A stretch of 63,588 nucleotides of DNA, the filler included. It is 12 parts of 12 records of this genome, joined end to end, with 100 filler letters (N's around TTAATTAATTAA, not from the genome) between each part and the next. Parts side by side here need not be neighbours in the genome. Positions count along the whole stretch, not along the records: positions 19,417 to 24,704 come from SRR15195285_2917; positions 24,805 to 33,117 come from SRR15195285_2920; 10 more parts are not named here. The stretch is one strand, 5' to 3'. Below are positions 21,974 through 33,217 of this stretch, piece after piece. Position 1 is the first letter of the stretch. Every line of letters starts with the position of its first letter. The notes under the pieces were generated by a model that was not told the DNA's origin, did not search any database, and saw nothing but the letters and a program-made list of their open reading frames with translations. A program made the position numbers and the translations under genes.

Positions 21974-24473
21974 TTATTCTGCGGTCGAATTCCACGGATG
22001 TACCGAGCCAGACGTTAGACCTGGCTTCCCCACTGGCGGCCACTGAAACCGCACGGATTTTTTCAGGTAACAATTGCCGTGCATCCAGACCCAGTACGCG
22101 CAGCCAAGTCGGTTGTTTTCCGGGCTCGCACACACAGAGCAGCAACCTGCTGCGTCTGGAGTGGGCACTGGCTTGTTGAATGGTGGGCGTAGGCCCTGCT
22201 TTATGAATGGATCCGCATCAACATACCACGCACTAGAATTGCAGATCGGTTTCCGATGGTCAGGGTTTGGCGGTGGCGGTGGCGGTGGAGGTGGCGGCGG
22301 CAACGGGTTGGAACGGCAGGACGTCGGATAGTGCGCGCAGGGCTCGGACGCGAGGGAGACGCTGTAGTCAGGGACGCTTTGCATCGTGGTGTTGACCGAG
22401 TGCATCTGTGCCTTCAGAAGTCCCACGATACTTGCCACCACAGTTTTGTACGGCTCGGTGCTTGTGTCGAGTGCAGTAGACTCAGCAGGATCTTTGTGGA
22501 GGTCAAATAGCAACGGAGGGTCGTGCCGCGCGATTGTACCTATGTTGCCCTTGCAGTCTGGTGCGCCACCTGTCTGGTAGATCGCCTTCCAGTTTTTCCA
22601 TCGAATAGCATCCAGTTTCCCCTGCACGAGACACAGCAAGTTGTTGGCAGGTATTCGCTCAGCTGCAAGAAGCAGTTGCGTAACTCACCATGACCGCCCC
22701 CTGCATTCCCGAGTTTGGGTGGAACAGTGTATCGTGTCCCTTCTCAGATCCGTGCAGGAGCACAGCGGAGATATCGATCCCATCAAAAACACCTACACGT
22801 GCCAAGGAACCATCACTTTGCATTCTGGACGCAGGATTTATCCAAACCCGAACGCCTGAAGATCGCGCTAGTCTATATGCACAATTGTTTGTCAGAACAC
22901 TCACGGTCAGTGGGCAAAGGAACGTCGATCAAGGTGAGGAATGTTGGCAGCAGATCCAGTGACGATACCTGTTGCAAGATTTACGACACGAACTTGATGG
23001 GTTTAGATCCAACGTGCGACCAACAGTTGACATGAGCAGTAGAAAATGAGAATTAGGGAAACTTACGATGGCATTGGAGACTCGCGGCTGGATTTTCCCA
23101 GGCCAATGTGCGACTCCAACCTCGCGGTGCCCACCTTCCCTGTGACAAACACGAGCGGACATCAAACACCGCATCGTCATGGCGGTCATGACTCGACATT
23201 GTCATTTTGTTGCGTACCACGTTGTTGTTTTCGAGGCGCTGCCACCTCCGCCTTGAGTACGCTGCCAAGTCCCAAGGTATGGTCCAGCGCTACCAGTCAG
23301 ATTGCACTTGACTTCCCACGGACCGTTGTCTCCACTTAGAAAGGTCAGCGTGTTTGCGGAAACCTCCTTGTCTGCAGCGAGCGCGGCCATAATCTTGCCG
23401 ACTGTCTCATCCAGTTCTAGCAGCGTATCGTAGAAATGCCCGGCCTCGCCTGCCTTGCCACTCTTGCCCACGTTTCGCGTCGCGACGTACTGCGGCGTGT
23501 GTATATGTGAGAACGGGACGTACAAGAAGAACGGCGAGCTGTCGCTGGAGGCGTTGCCAACGAACTCCGCGGCAAACGTGCTGTACGTGTCGCTGAGTGT
23601 TGAGAAGTTCACGGGGGCCTCAATGATGTCGCCGTTGCATGACCCAGTGGTCTGGCCGCTGCAATTAGCAGCCTCAGAGTGGTACAGCGGCAGGGCCAAC
23701 TCCCACTGGTGCGCTGTTGGTCGGAGGTTGCCGCTGCCGCACTTGCGCGAACTTCCTTTGTCTTGTCCTCCAGTGGCGGAGCAGCCCATGTCGACGCTGT
23801 ACGGGATGCCAACGTACTTGTCGAAACCGCCTACCGTACGGTAACAGAACGCAACAGTAGGTTATAGAGATCCTTATGATAATTCAGTACTGGTCGCGGA
23901 AGAAAACCGTACGGTAGGTCGGGTGAAACCCAGGCGTTGTGCCTAAATGCCACTTTCCTATGGCCGCTGTGCGATACCCTTGGGGCTTCAGCAGCTCGCT
24001 AATTGTCTGCTCAGTGCGTGGCAATCCAGCCACGGAGTCAACCGCAAAGTTCGTGACGACGCCCGTTCGGACGCCGAGCCTACCCGTAAGCAGGGCAGCC
24101 CGCGAGACCGAGCAGACGGAGGCGCCGACGTGGAAATCGGTGAACCTGATCCCTTCCGCGGCGAGCTGATCCATGTGCGGCGTCATTCCCGCAGCTGCGG
24201 GCCAGTTGGCACCCATATCGCCCCACCCCCAGTCCTGCGAGCCGTCCATCGGACCGTCCGTCGCAGCAAGCAACATCACACGCAGTCAACCCAAGCTTGG
24301 GCTGCCGCGCACACCAGCGCGCACGGTTTCATACACACAGCAGCTAGGCCAATGTCCTCGCTTACATCGGCGAAGAGGATCACAAAGTTCGGCTTGGTAG
24401 CCGCAGCATCTGCTGCTGCCAGCGCCGCAAGCAGCAGCGCGGCCGCCGTGGCGACCATGCGCGGCAGCATCAT
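21974..24473 (-). CDS. Formylglycine-type (S1) arylsulfatase, ARSA/ARSG-like, with Pro linker and C-terminal PAN/apple module; at least 5 introns (e.g. 24235-24365, 23831-23912)
   Basis: 'KPNFVILFAD|DWGWGD', 'CSVSRAALLTGR', 'GYRTAAIGKWHLG', 'PFFLYVPFSHIHTP', 'SGDNGPW', 'KTTTW|EGGHR', 'PPLLFDLHKDPAES'. Confidence 0.9.
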
Positions 24474-24804
24474 AGGGGACAGCTCTCTGCTGGTCCGCCC
24501 GCCGCCACGCACCTCCGCCTGCTATACCGGGGGTCGTCATCGAGGAACGAGGTTCGATGGTTCGAGGATCAAACCGCGCCGGTCGTCAGCCTCGCACTTT
24601 TCGCATGCACGCTGGTCATCGAAGAGGTCACCACCAGACACGCAATTACGATTGCGATTACGATTCCCAGCCTATCGGTACCCTGGCCAGGGTAATATTA
24701 TGCGNNNNNNNNNNNNNNNNNNNNNNNNNNNNNNNNNNNNNNNNNNNNTTAATTAATTAANNNNNNNNNNNNNNNNNNNNNNNNNNNNNNNNNNNNNNNN
24801 NNNN

Positions 24805-26580
24805 CAGCCCGCTGCTCTTGATTCGACATTCTGGACCACCATGGACCATAGTGCTCCCGGGCCCGCGCGATCGGTGTTGTGCTGATCCCCGCTGGCAACG
24901 GTTGTTTGCTCCTAGGCTGACCAGTGGATGCGGCAGCAGACTCACTCTGCACACTCGTCGAACCCACCGATCTACCACCAACGCTGCTGGCGATACTCGT
25001 CCGTCTTGCACTGGTCGGAACGGCAAGGCTGCGTGTGACGTGCCCACTGCGCTTCCAACGTCCTACGACCCCAGCCCCAGCACCATCTGCAACTCCGATA
25101 TGTGCCGACCGCATACTGCTATGGCTGGCTGACACCACGCTCGTGCCGGAAACTAGCCGCCGCTCGTTCCCGCCATGGAGCGGGGCCACAACGATAGCTG
25201 CAGGTTTCATATGTGCGGGGCCAACCGCCGCTTTTGCTGCGTCGACGTCCTCTCGGAGCCTATCAGGTGTGCGCACAAACGTGAGCGTGAGTGGCCGCTG
25301 CGTCAGTTGTCGCTGCAGAGTTCCAAAAGCCACTTCACTCCGCCCGCCACTTTCGGCTAGAATCAGCATGAACGGCACACCGTTGACGCTTTGTAGTACC
25401 ATTCCTAGTTTGAGCTGTGGTTCTGCAGCGGCGGCGACCGTGTCTGGCCGTCGAATGCTCTGCACAGTGAAGTACTCGGACCCCAAGCGCTCAGAGAAGC
25501 ACCTTGCAAAGTTCAATCCCAGCTGAAGCTGTCCGACCTCAGCACGGACAGTTACCACGTCCGCCGACGGGCCGGCCCCAGCGGCAGCCCCTGTATGGCC
25601 AATGCCCCTGGTTGCATCCAACGGGGCTGAGTCGCCGCCCGCTAGACTTCGCAGCGTCGCAGTCCAGATATCATTCTCCTCCTGGCTCGCCGTCTGCAAC
25701 TGCCACGACTTGCTGCCCGACACGATCTCGAATCCCCACACACGAGCATCTTGCTTGCTAGTGATAATTGAAACGATTGCGTGTTCTAAGTGGACCGTCG
25801 CCTCCTGAGCTTCGACGCCTTTGCCTCGGTTTACACCGGCACGGTGTGTCAATACCCGCCCATCGGTCTCAGCCTGTCTCGCATCAGCCTCGCACGCGTA
25901 AAACTGTAGCAGCGGTCCCCGTATCACGCACCACCTTGGTGAACACCTGCGGCCTTTGGTCAGCTGCAACGCAAGCGAACCCTCCAGCCGCACAGGCTCG
26001 GCGTCCAGCAGCCGCTTCTCGACACAGTGGTGCGCTCGGTGGCGCGCTCTCGTGCTGCTCAGGCCGTCGGAAACCTCTGACCAGTACTGCGACCACCCCT
26101 CGACTGCCTCAGCCGATTCAACGGCAAATGTCAGCTGCCAACGTGGCGCTGCAAATTCTCCACGCGAGTCGACCTCGAAGACAAACCTGGGTGGCCGCTC
26201 AGCAGGCTCAAATTTGCGATGTACCTCCACGAGTGCCGAGTACACGGGGAGAATCTGCAGCGGCGCAGCGGCCTGCGTGGACAGTGACTTTGTCAGTCAG
26301 AGCAGAGGAGAGTTCAAGCGGATCTAATTGCACGCACATCAGCGCTCTTGTACACCAGTATCGCTTGCGCCAGCCCCTCGACAGTCTCCACGGGCAGCTG
26401 CGGAAAGACCCACAACCAGCGCAGCTCCCATTTCCGCTCCTTCCTTCTGCGCGCTCCATCGTCGCGCAGCAGCGCATTGCTGCTCCAAATCGCATTCGCC
26501 GCTGCATCCACGGCAGGCAGCCGTCGCAGCGACTCCACGAACATGTCCGTGGACGTCGGCTGCTGCCGCTCCATCGTCAC
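24805..26580 (-). CDS. PH-domain plus PDZ-like protein, 3'-truncated by contig end; intron 26255-26337
   Basis: PH 'LEGSLALQ..PRWCVIRGPLLQFY..FEIVSGSKSWQLQTASQEENDIWTATLR'; PDZ-like 'LGLNF..LKLGMVLQSVNG..RPLTLTF'. Confidence 0.72.
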
Positions 26581-27429
26581 AGCTAGCGTCGGACTCCCCT
26601 GCCCAGCCTCGCTGTGCCTGCTGCACAGCTAGAGGGGCCTTCGGCTCGCCTGAGCAGCAGCCACCGCGCCTGCTGTACCACTAGAGAGACCGGCTGGCTG
26701 CCACAGCAAGGGCGGAGCAGCCCAGGCTGCCCCCACGGACGGCACCGCCAACGCGACCGCTTCCTCGCGTCCTGTTCATGCACCGGCGGCGTCGTCTTCG
26801 CCAATCGAGCCAACGACCAACGTCCCGTCCCGTCAAGCCGGAAGTCAGGCATGAACTATGAATTTGAATACGGTACAAAGAAAGCACCGCGGCTGGCCAC
26901 GTTCGTCGAGTTCGAGGCGTTCCCACTGCTGGTTCCGGTGCATCTGCTTCTCAGCCTTCTGCATGCAGCATGGTTGCATGCGCCAACAACCGCCATGCAT
27001 CGGCGGAGGGACTAGGAATTCCTTCGGTACATTGAACATTCACGATCGTCATCCGGAAGAGGGTGGTCAGCGCCGATTGTTGAATGATTGTACAGTCGGC
27101 GAGTACGCGCGGCTCTATAGCACCCTCGACGCCGTAGCCGTACTGCTGACGTCGCTGCTGACAGAGCGCAGCCTCGAGCCTGCCAGGACGCTGGGTTCCC
27201 GGACTCAGGCAGAGCTGAACCTTCGCCGAGCACTCGGTGGCGTGGGTTGCTGGTGGGTCGCGGCGAGTCGGCGTCGGTGCTAGATATTTAGAGATCTACG
27301 CGGCTCGCCGGACAGCCAGGCAAGCAGCCACGCGGCGCTGCGATGGCGCCGCGAGAATCCCCCTCGAGACAGTTTGATAGCCGGAATCTACGGTCATACG
27401 CCTGGTTTAATGGGTTATGCGGGGGCCGG

Positions 27430-28953
27430 ATGGTGTGGCTGGCTGTGGCGCTGCTCTACCTCAGCGCCGGTGCGACGCGAGCCCAGCAAACTTCGATCGC
27501 GAACGACTGCAATACCGAGAGCGAGTTGCTTGGGCACCTGCACATCGTGAGGGAAGCATGCACAGTGGAGCTCTCCACCGCGGAGGTGGACGCGCTAGTG
27601 CCAACACAAGTCACGACCGCAGGGTGCGCCGAGGTGGTGCGTCGCGTGGCAAGACAATGCAAACCGCTGTTCAGGCGCAGCCCTAGATGGTTTCAGGCGC
27701 GTAAGAACTCGCTCGACGCAGCGGTTGCGTCTGCCGCCGCTACCATCCCGGACGTTGCCAGCGAGAGGCTCCACATCGCCGATCCTCGCTGGAATTCAGT
27801 GCCAGCCCCCCAGGTCCACACATGTGGCGCGGTGCTGGATGACGGCTTCGATCTGTTTCCACCTGTGACCATTGGATCGTCACTGGTGCCCATCAATGTC
27901 GGGTCGCATGGCAATGTGATTTTGGACTTTGCAGACATCTCTCTGGACGAGCGGGAGAACGACAACGTGCGAATTTACAATGGTGCTGGGAATGAGGTAA
28001 TGCAGATCCTTTCTGAGGGTCGCTGCGATCAGATGGACCCAGCGACCTGCAGGGATTTGGCCTCGATCCAGGAGCACCCACGGGTCACCGTAACGGGTCC
28101 CGAGGCGTCGGTGCGGCTAGTGTCTACAGGCGGCAACAATAGTCTGACGAGCCTGCAGATTACTGTCGGATGCCTGTGCGAGGGTGGTGCGTGTGACCCA
28201 TCGCCGTGCAACGGGAACCCTTGCCATAATGGTGGGATGTGCGCACCTTCAAATGCTGGCTTAGGTGGTCACCGAAGACTGCAAGCGAGCAGCGGTGGCG
28301 GATACGGAGACGGAGACAGTGCTGCGTGCACACTCGCTGACTTCGAGACACGCTCTGACGCAGTCGATACCGCGTGCTGCGGCGATCCAAGCAATCCAAA
28401 CAACTGCATTGGCGGGGCGCCATCGACCTGTAACAACGCGTGCCGCGAGGTTCTGGTCCCGTTTTGGGAAGACTGCAGTGCCAAACTGCAGGGCGAGATC
28501 TCGCAGGTGGTTCAAAACACAGCGACGCAGGTCTGCGTCGCAGGGTATCAGTGCACATGCACGGCTGGCTGGGGTGGCGTGAACTGCGAGACTTCCACGT
28601 CTCCATCGCCGCCCCCTGATAGCTCCCAGTGCGGAACTTGTCCGTCAGGAACTTGTCCACATACGCCTGGAGAAGGACCCATCGGCGAGAAATGCTACAT
28701 GTGGCAACCCGCACCAGGGCACACCGGTAATTACGCCGACTGCTGCGAAGTGGAATGCACCTATGAAACCCCTGCCGGCCAACCGTATGGGCCACATGGA
28801 CCGCTCCCATGCACCGCCGATGCCGGCCAGCCGTCGCAGATGGATAACCATAAGAAGAGCTGCGAGGCCCAGGCTGGTTGGGAGTGGCTATGGGCTAACT
28901 ATGTGCCCGGCGTCAGGGATGGCGACGGCCCTTGGAGGTGTTGCAGACTCTAG
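27430..28953 (+). CDS. Secreted Cys-rich protein with CUB-like region, EGF motif interrupted by an RRLQ site and a helical Cys-rich module
   Basis: Signal peptide MVWLAVALLYLSAGATRA; CUB-like 'VILDFADISLD..DNVRIYNG'; EGF halves 'CNGNPCHNGGMC' and 'YQCTCTAGWGGVNCE'. Confidence 0.65.
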   Translation: MVWLAVALLYLSAGATRAQQTSIANDCNTESELLGHLHIVREACTVELSTAEVDALVPTQVTTAGCAEVVRRVARQCKPLFRRSPRWFQARKNSLDAAVASAAATIPDVASERLHIADPRWNSVPAPQVHTCGAVLDDGFDLFPPVTIGSSLVPINVGSHGNVILDFADISLDERENDNVRIYNGAGNEVMQILSEGRCDQMDPATCRDLASIQEHPRVTVTGPEASVRLVSTGGNNSLTSLQITVGCLCEGGACDPSPCNGNPCHNGGMCAPSNAGLGGHRRLQASSGGGYGDGDSAACTLADFETRSDAVDTACCGDPSNPNNCIGGAPSTCNNACREVLVPFWEDCSAKLQGEISQVVQNTATQVCVAGYQCTCTAGWGGVNCETSTSPSPPPDSSQCGTCPSGTCPHTPGEGPIGEKCYMWQPAPGHTGNYADCCEVECTYETPAGQPYGPHGPLPCTADAGQPSQMDNHKKSCEAQAGWEWLWANYVPGVRDGDGPWRCCRL

Positions 28954-29528
28954 TGTAGCCAACATGCACGACAATGCATTCTAACATTCCCATGGAAACT
29001 CTAGAGGCTATGTAGGTACGCCCAACATTTGGGCGCGTAGTCTGAAGCTCGTAGTATATTGACATGCTTCGCAGTATGGAGGAAGAGTCAAACTCAAAGA
29101 GACCTGCGCACCCCGTCACAAGACAACTTCTAGAACAGAGCGTCTTAGGCCTGCCAGCGCCTTCGCTCTATTATGCGCTGTAACACTACTGTCTTCTCGA
29201 TTCCACCTTGGTCGCGCTTCGTGGATCGTTTCATCGCTTTGAAAATGACAGATGAAACAAGCTCGATCATCAAGGCTTTCTATTTCCGTACGTCAATTCG
29301 TAATTGAGGGGCACTGGCGTTGCACAGTATTGTACACAATAAGGGTTATGATCGAGTGATATCAGTGAACTGAGCTGCTGTGCATCGTCAGGGCAGCAGA
29401 AGCTCCAGCAGAAACCAGCTGCACAAAGTCCATTAATTCATTTGTAGAACAGGATACACAGGGAATGAGTCGCTTCCACAGTAAACAAGTCTCACACTGG
29501 CCTGGACGCTTATACAAGCGCGGGGGGG

Positions 29529-30919
29529 TCACTGCGCATCGATCGGTGTGGATGCGCTCTCGAGAGTATTGTCGAAGTCGTACGCTTCAGTTCGTGGGCC
29601 GTCTGGCAGCGGATCCAGGTCACCAATCTCGCCGATGCTGCCAAACAGAGGCGAGCGTCGCATATCCGCGCCGCAACTACTGCCCAGACTACCAACGCCA
29701 GCTGCGAGCCTGGAATGTGTCAGTCCCATCTCTTTCGGTGACAGCAATGTTGACGTCAATGGATCGTCCTCCTCAAGGCCAGATCCAGAAACCCCAGTGT
29801 CATGAAACAGCATGTACGGAGACATGGTCCGGTTTGGTGACTGTAGGCCTGTTCCAGGAGCGGAAGAGGAAGCGTCAACCGATCCAGCTACCTGCCCTGT
29901 ACCTCCGGCAGCGGATGGGGATGCTCGAACCGCCCTGAGCGGCGAAGACGCCCCCGACTCCGAAGCACAGACCGCTCTGGCTGAGGGTGACAAGATATGG
30001 GGCGAGTAGCCAAGCATCTGGCCTAGCGAGAGATACTGTAGCTGCATCTTGAGCGTCTCCCCTTTGTTGATCTTCTGCGCGCCTTCATCGAGCTCAGCCG
30101 CTCTCCGCCGTTTTCGTTGCCGGTGGTTTTCCATGTCGTCACTGTCCGTCGTGATCCACTCAGCTGTCGGTTCCCGGCTGGAGTTCCAGCTGTACGGATA
30201 AGAGGATTCGTCATCAGAGTCTGTCGTCGACACACCGCCTGCGTAGTCGTTGCGGCTGCCTGTAGTACTACTGGTGCTGCCAGCGCTGCCCGTGCTGCCG
30301 GTTCTGCCAGCGCTCCCAGCGGCGGGCTTTTCTCTGGCAGCACCGCTGCTCGGGCTCTGCTGTGGCACAGAGGAAGTTTTGAGCGGTTTTCCTGTGGAAT
30401 GAGTGGCGTCACCGGCGGCAGCCTTCGGCTTAGGTTTGCCTCGGCCGCGCAGTCCCTGGCGGCGCAGGGCGGAGTTCCAGTGATTTTTGACGCTGTTGTC
30501 TGAGCGACCTGGCAGCAGCTTGGCGATCGTCGCCCACTGGTTGCCTAGCTTCGCATGTGCCTCCTTCAGTGTCCTCTCTTCTTCATCTGACCACACTCCT
30601 TTCCGAATGTCAGGGGACAAGTGGTTGAGCCAGCGCTCGCGACACTGCTTTCCGTTGCGCTGCTTCATGGCTTCTCCGATGGACACCCAGATTTTGTTGC
30701 TGCGACAGCACGCAAGCCAAAACGGTCGAGGTTAGCTGCAGCGGCGCGGCCACACGCGCGAGCCGAGTAGCAGCGGGCAGGGCCAGACCTTGGGAGATCG
30801 GCCATCTTCGCAACTAGCGAGCGAAGCATCTGATCCTCCTCGTCCGTCCATAGCCCCTTGTAGATGAGGCGCCCCTTCTTCTTGTCCGCCACCTGCTGGC
30901 GCCGATCCGTCACCACCAT
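29529..30919 (-). CDS. R2R3-type Myb transcription factor; intron 30700-30788
   Basis: '[16 protein letters not shown]..|[67 protein letters not shown]'. Confidence 0.92.
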
Positions 30920-31895
30920 GCTCCCTTCACGCCCTCTCCACCTCGCCCAGCCTTACCCAGCCTCACCACCCCGGTTACCGCCTGGCAGGCAACGCCCTAA
31001 CTGGTACCAAGAAATCACTGAGAAAAGCAGTGGACTGCAGCTTTGCCGTCTGCAGCCTGACCGTCTGCGCGCCGCCGCCGCTTCACGTCCGGCAACGGCC
31101 GGTCCACCTGCCCGCTGCCGTGCCAGCCGTGGAGCGTGGAGGTGCAACTCGAGAATAGGCAAGGAATTCCTACCGGATTCATAATTCATATTGAATGATC
31201 GGGGGAATGATGGCTTGCTTGTCAAGTATGTATCAATACCGGTACGGCTACCCGGGTACTAGTATGTATATTTCGATATTGTATTATACACGTGCCGCGT
31301 TCGGCTTCGTCGACTTCGTTTGGCGTTTTACTTTTTCGATTGGACTCCAATTTTTCAACTGCTGAGTGACACAGCGGTCGTCGAATACGGGCCCCCCATA
31401 GCCCATACCCGTATGTCACAGTTTTCAATGTATACCGGCGTTTGATATCGGTGTAGCGTATGCAGGTGTACTACTACTAGCTAGCCCTAGAGAGAGTACT
31501 GTAGTAAGAATCAAGAATGTGGTTGTTGAGTGTGCATGAGTCATTCACGCCCCGGCGAGGGCGTGAGCGAACGAACGAGTGTCGACCGACAGCCGTTCGT
31601 GAAGTCAGAACACTTACTCATTCAATACGCAGGCGCGAAGGTTCATCTTCATGTCGGAAGCGCCGCGACCCGCGCGGCCGCGCGCGGGCGCGCCTCGCTC
31701 GCTCGGGTTTGCGTGGTCACGTCTGCGTGGCGAAGGTCTGCGTGCTGATCAGATACGAGGTCTGCTGACTGGTCTGCAGAGTGGGGTTTCCCTGTCTGCA
31801 AAGTGCTTGGGGTTCGCCACTTTGGGATTTCCACTTGCGGTTGGGGGACCCCTGCCGCCCCGGAGCGGCACCTTCGCCGATCTGCTACTGTAGAA

Positions 31896-33117
31896 ATGTC
31901 CGAGGTTGATGAGCACCGGTGCGCAGAGCTCTTCGCCCAAGTGCTAGACAAGAGCCTGTCCGTCGCAAAGAGGCATGCCGCGTGCAAGGATTTCGGGAAC
32001 GCTGTCAAAAGCGTGACCCGAACAGACGCCATGGCTACTGTCGCGCCGATGCTGCTGGATCTCCAGTTTGCTGAGTGGCTCGCTCTGGTTCCGCACGCTG
32101 AGGTCCTTGCCTATGTGGCGAGCGGGGAAGTTGAGGGATACGCCGACGTGGCCGAGATGTTCTCGTTCGTGCATATGCGGTTTGGCGCATGCTTTGCGCC
32201 TTGCGACGGCTGGGGGTCGTGCGACCATCCCGAGTGGCGTCACCGCATCCATGATGCGATCTACTCCTGCATACCGAGACTCATGACCGCACATGCCGAG
32301 CTGTGTGGAGACTGTGCAGAACCCCCCGCAGTCTTGGGCAGGATGAAGTCGTGGGGGCTCGCTTCCGCCGCAGCGTTGTGCACACCTGGCGCTGCAACCG
32401 TGCATGTCGGCGCACTTGTATCCGCTATTATTATTCTCGTCGCCTGCGCACACTTTCCGGCGTCGCGGGACGAGGGTGTGGAAGCGTTTGTTAGCAGCAG
32501 TGGCGTGTTCCAGGCCATCACACTGCGCCTGCAGGAAGCCCCTATAGACTCTTACGACCTGTATTTGACGGCGGCTGCCATGGGCTACCTGGTGCCATAC
32601 TGTTTGGGAGATGCCGGCCACGCTAGTCGCTTGTTTGCGTCGGGCATGCTTGAGGCGTTCGTGGGCGTCGTGGACAGGGCACGGAACTCAGAGGTACCAC
32701 CACACGTCAGCACGAATCGAGGAATCGGGCAGTTCGTTGCTGGCGTGGCGTCAAGTGCGGAGGGCCGTGACCGTTTGCTGGCAACGAAGGGGATGGAGGA
32801 GGCACTGATGTGGCTGCTGGAGCACGGTGGCGACCCGGTTGGAATTGTGGAGAACAAGACGCTGTCAGACCCACGCGGGATGGCTGGTCTGTGCATCGCA
32901 CTGCTTCGTGGTCGTGAGGAAGACACGCAAGTGGCGTTGCCATCGAAGGTCGTTAGGCAGATCGTGTCAATGATTGATACATATTCGGTGATGGGACCCA
33001 CGTTAGTCTTGCCGTACGCTCAGGGCTTGGCGGAGCTGAGTGTTTCAGACGCAAACAAAAAGCACCTCGCGGATAATCCTGCTGTGATCGACAGTTTGCG
33101 TCGAAATCTAGGCGTGG
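31896..33117 (+). CDS. Alpha-helical ARM-like repeat protein, 3'-truncated
   Basis: Long open frame running into the gap; ARM-like segments 'EGRDRLLATKGMEEALMWLL' and 'LAELSVSDANKKHLADNPAVIDSL'. Confidence 0.55.
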
Positions 33118-33217
33118 NNNNNNNNNNNNNNNNNNNNNNNNNNNNNNNNNNNNNNNNNNNNTTAATTAATTAANNNNNNNNNNNNNNNNNNNNNNNNNNN
33201 NNNNNNNNNNNNNNNNN

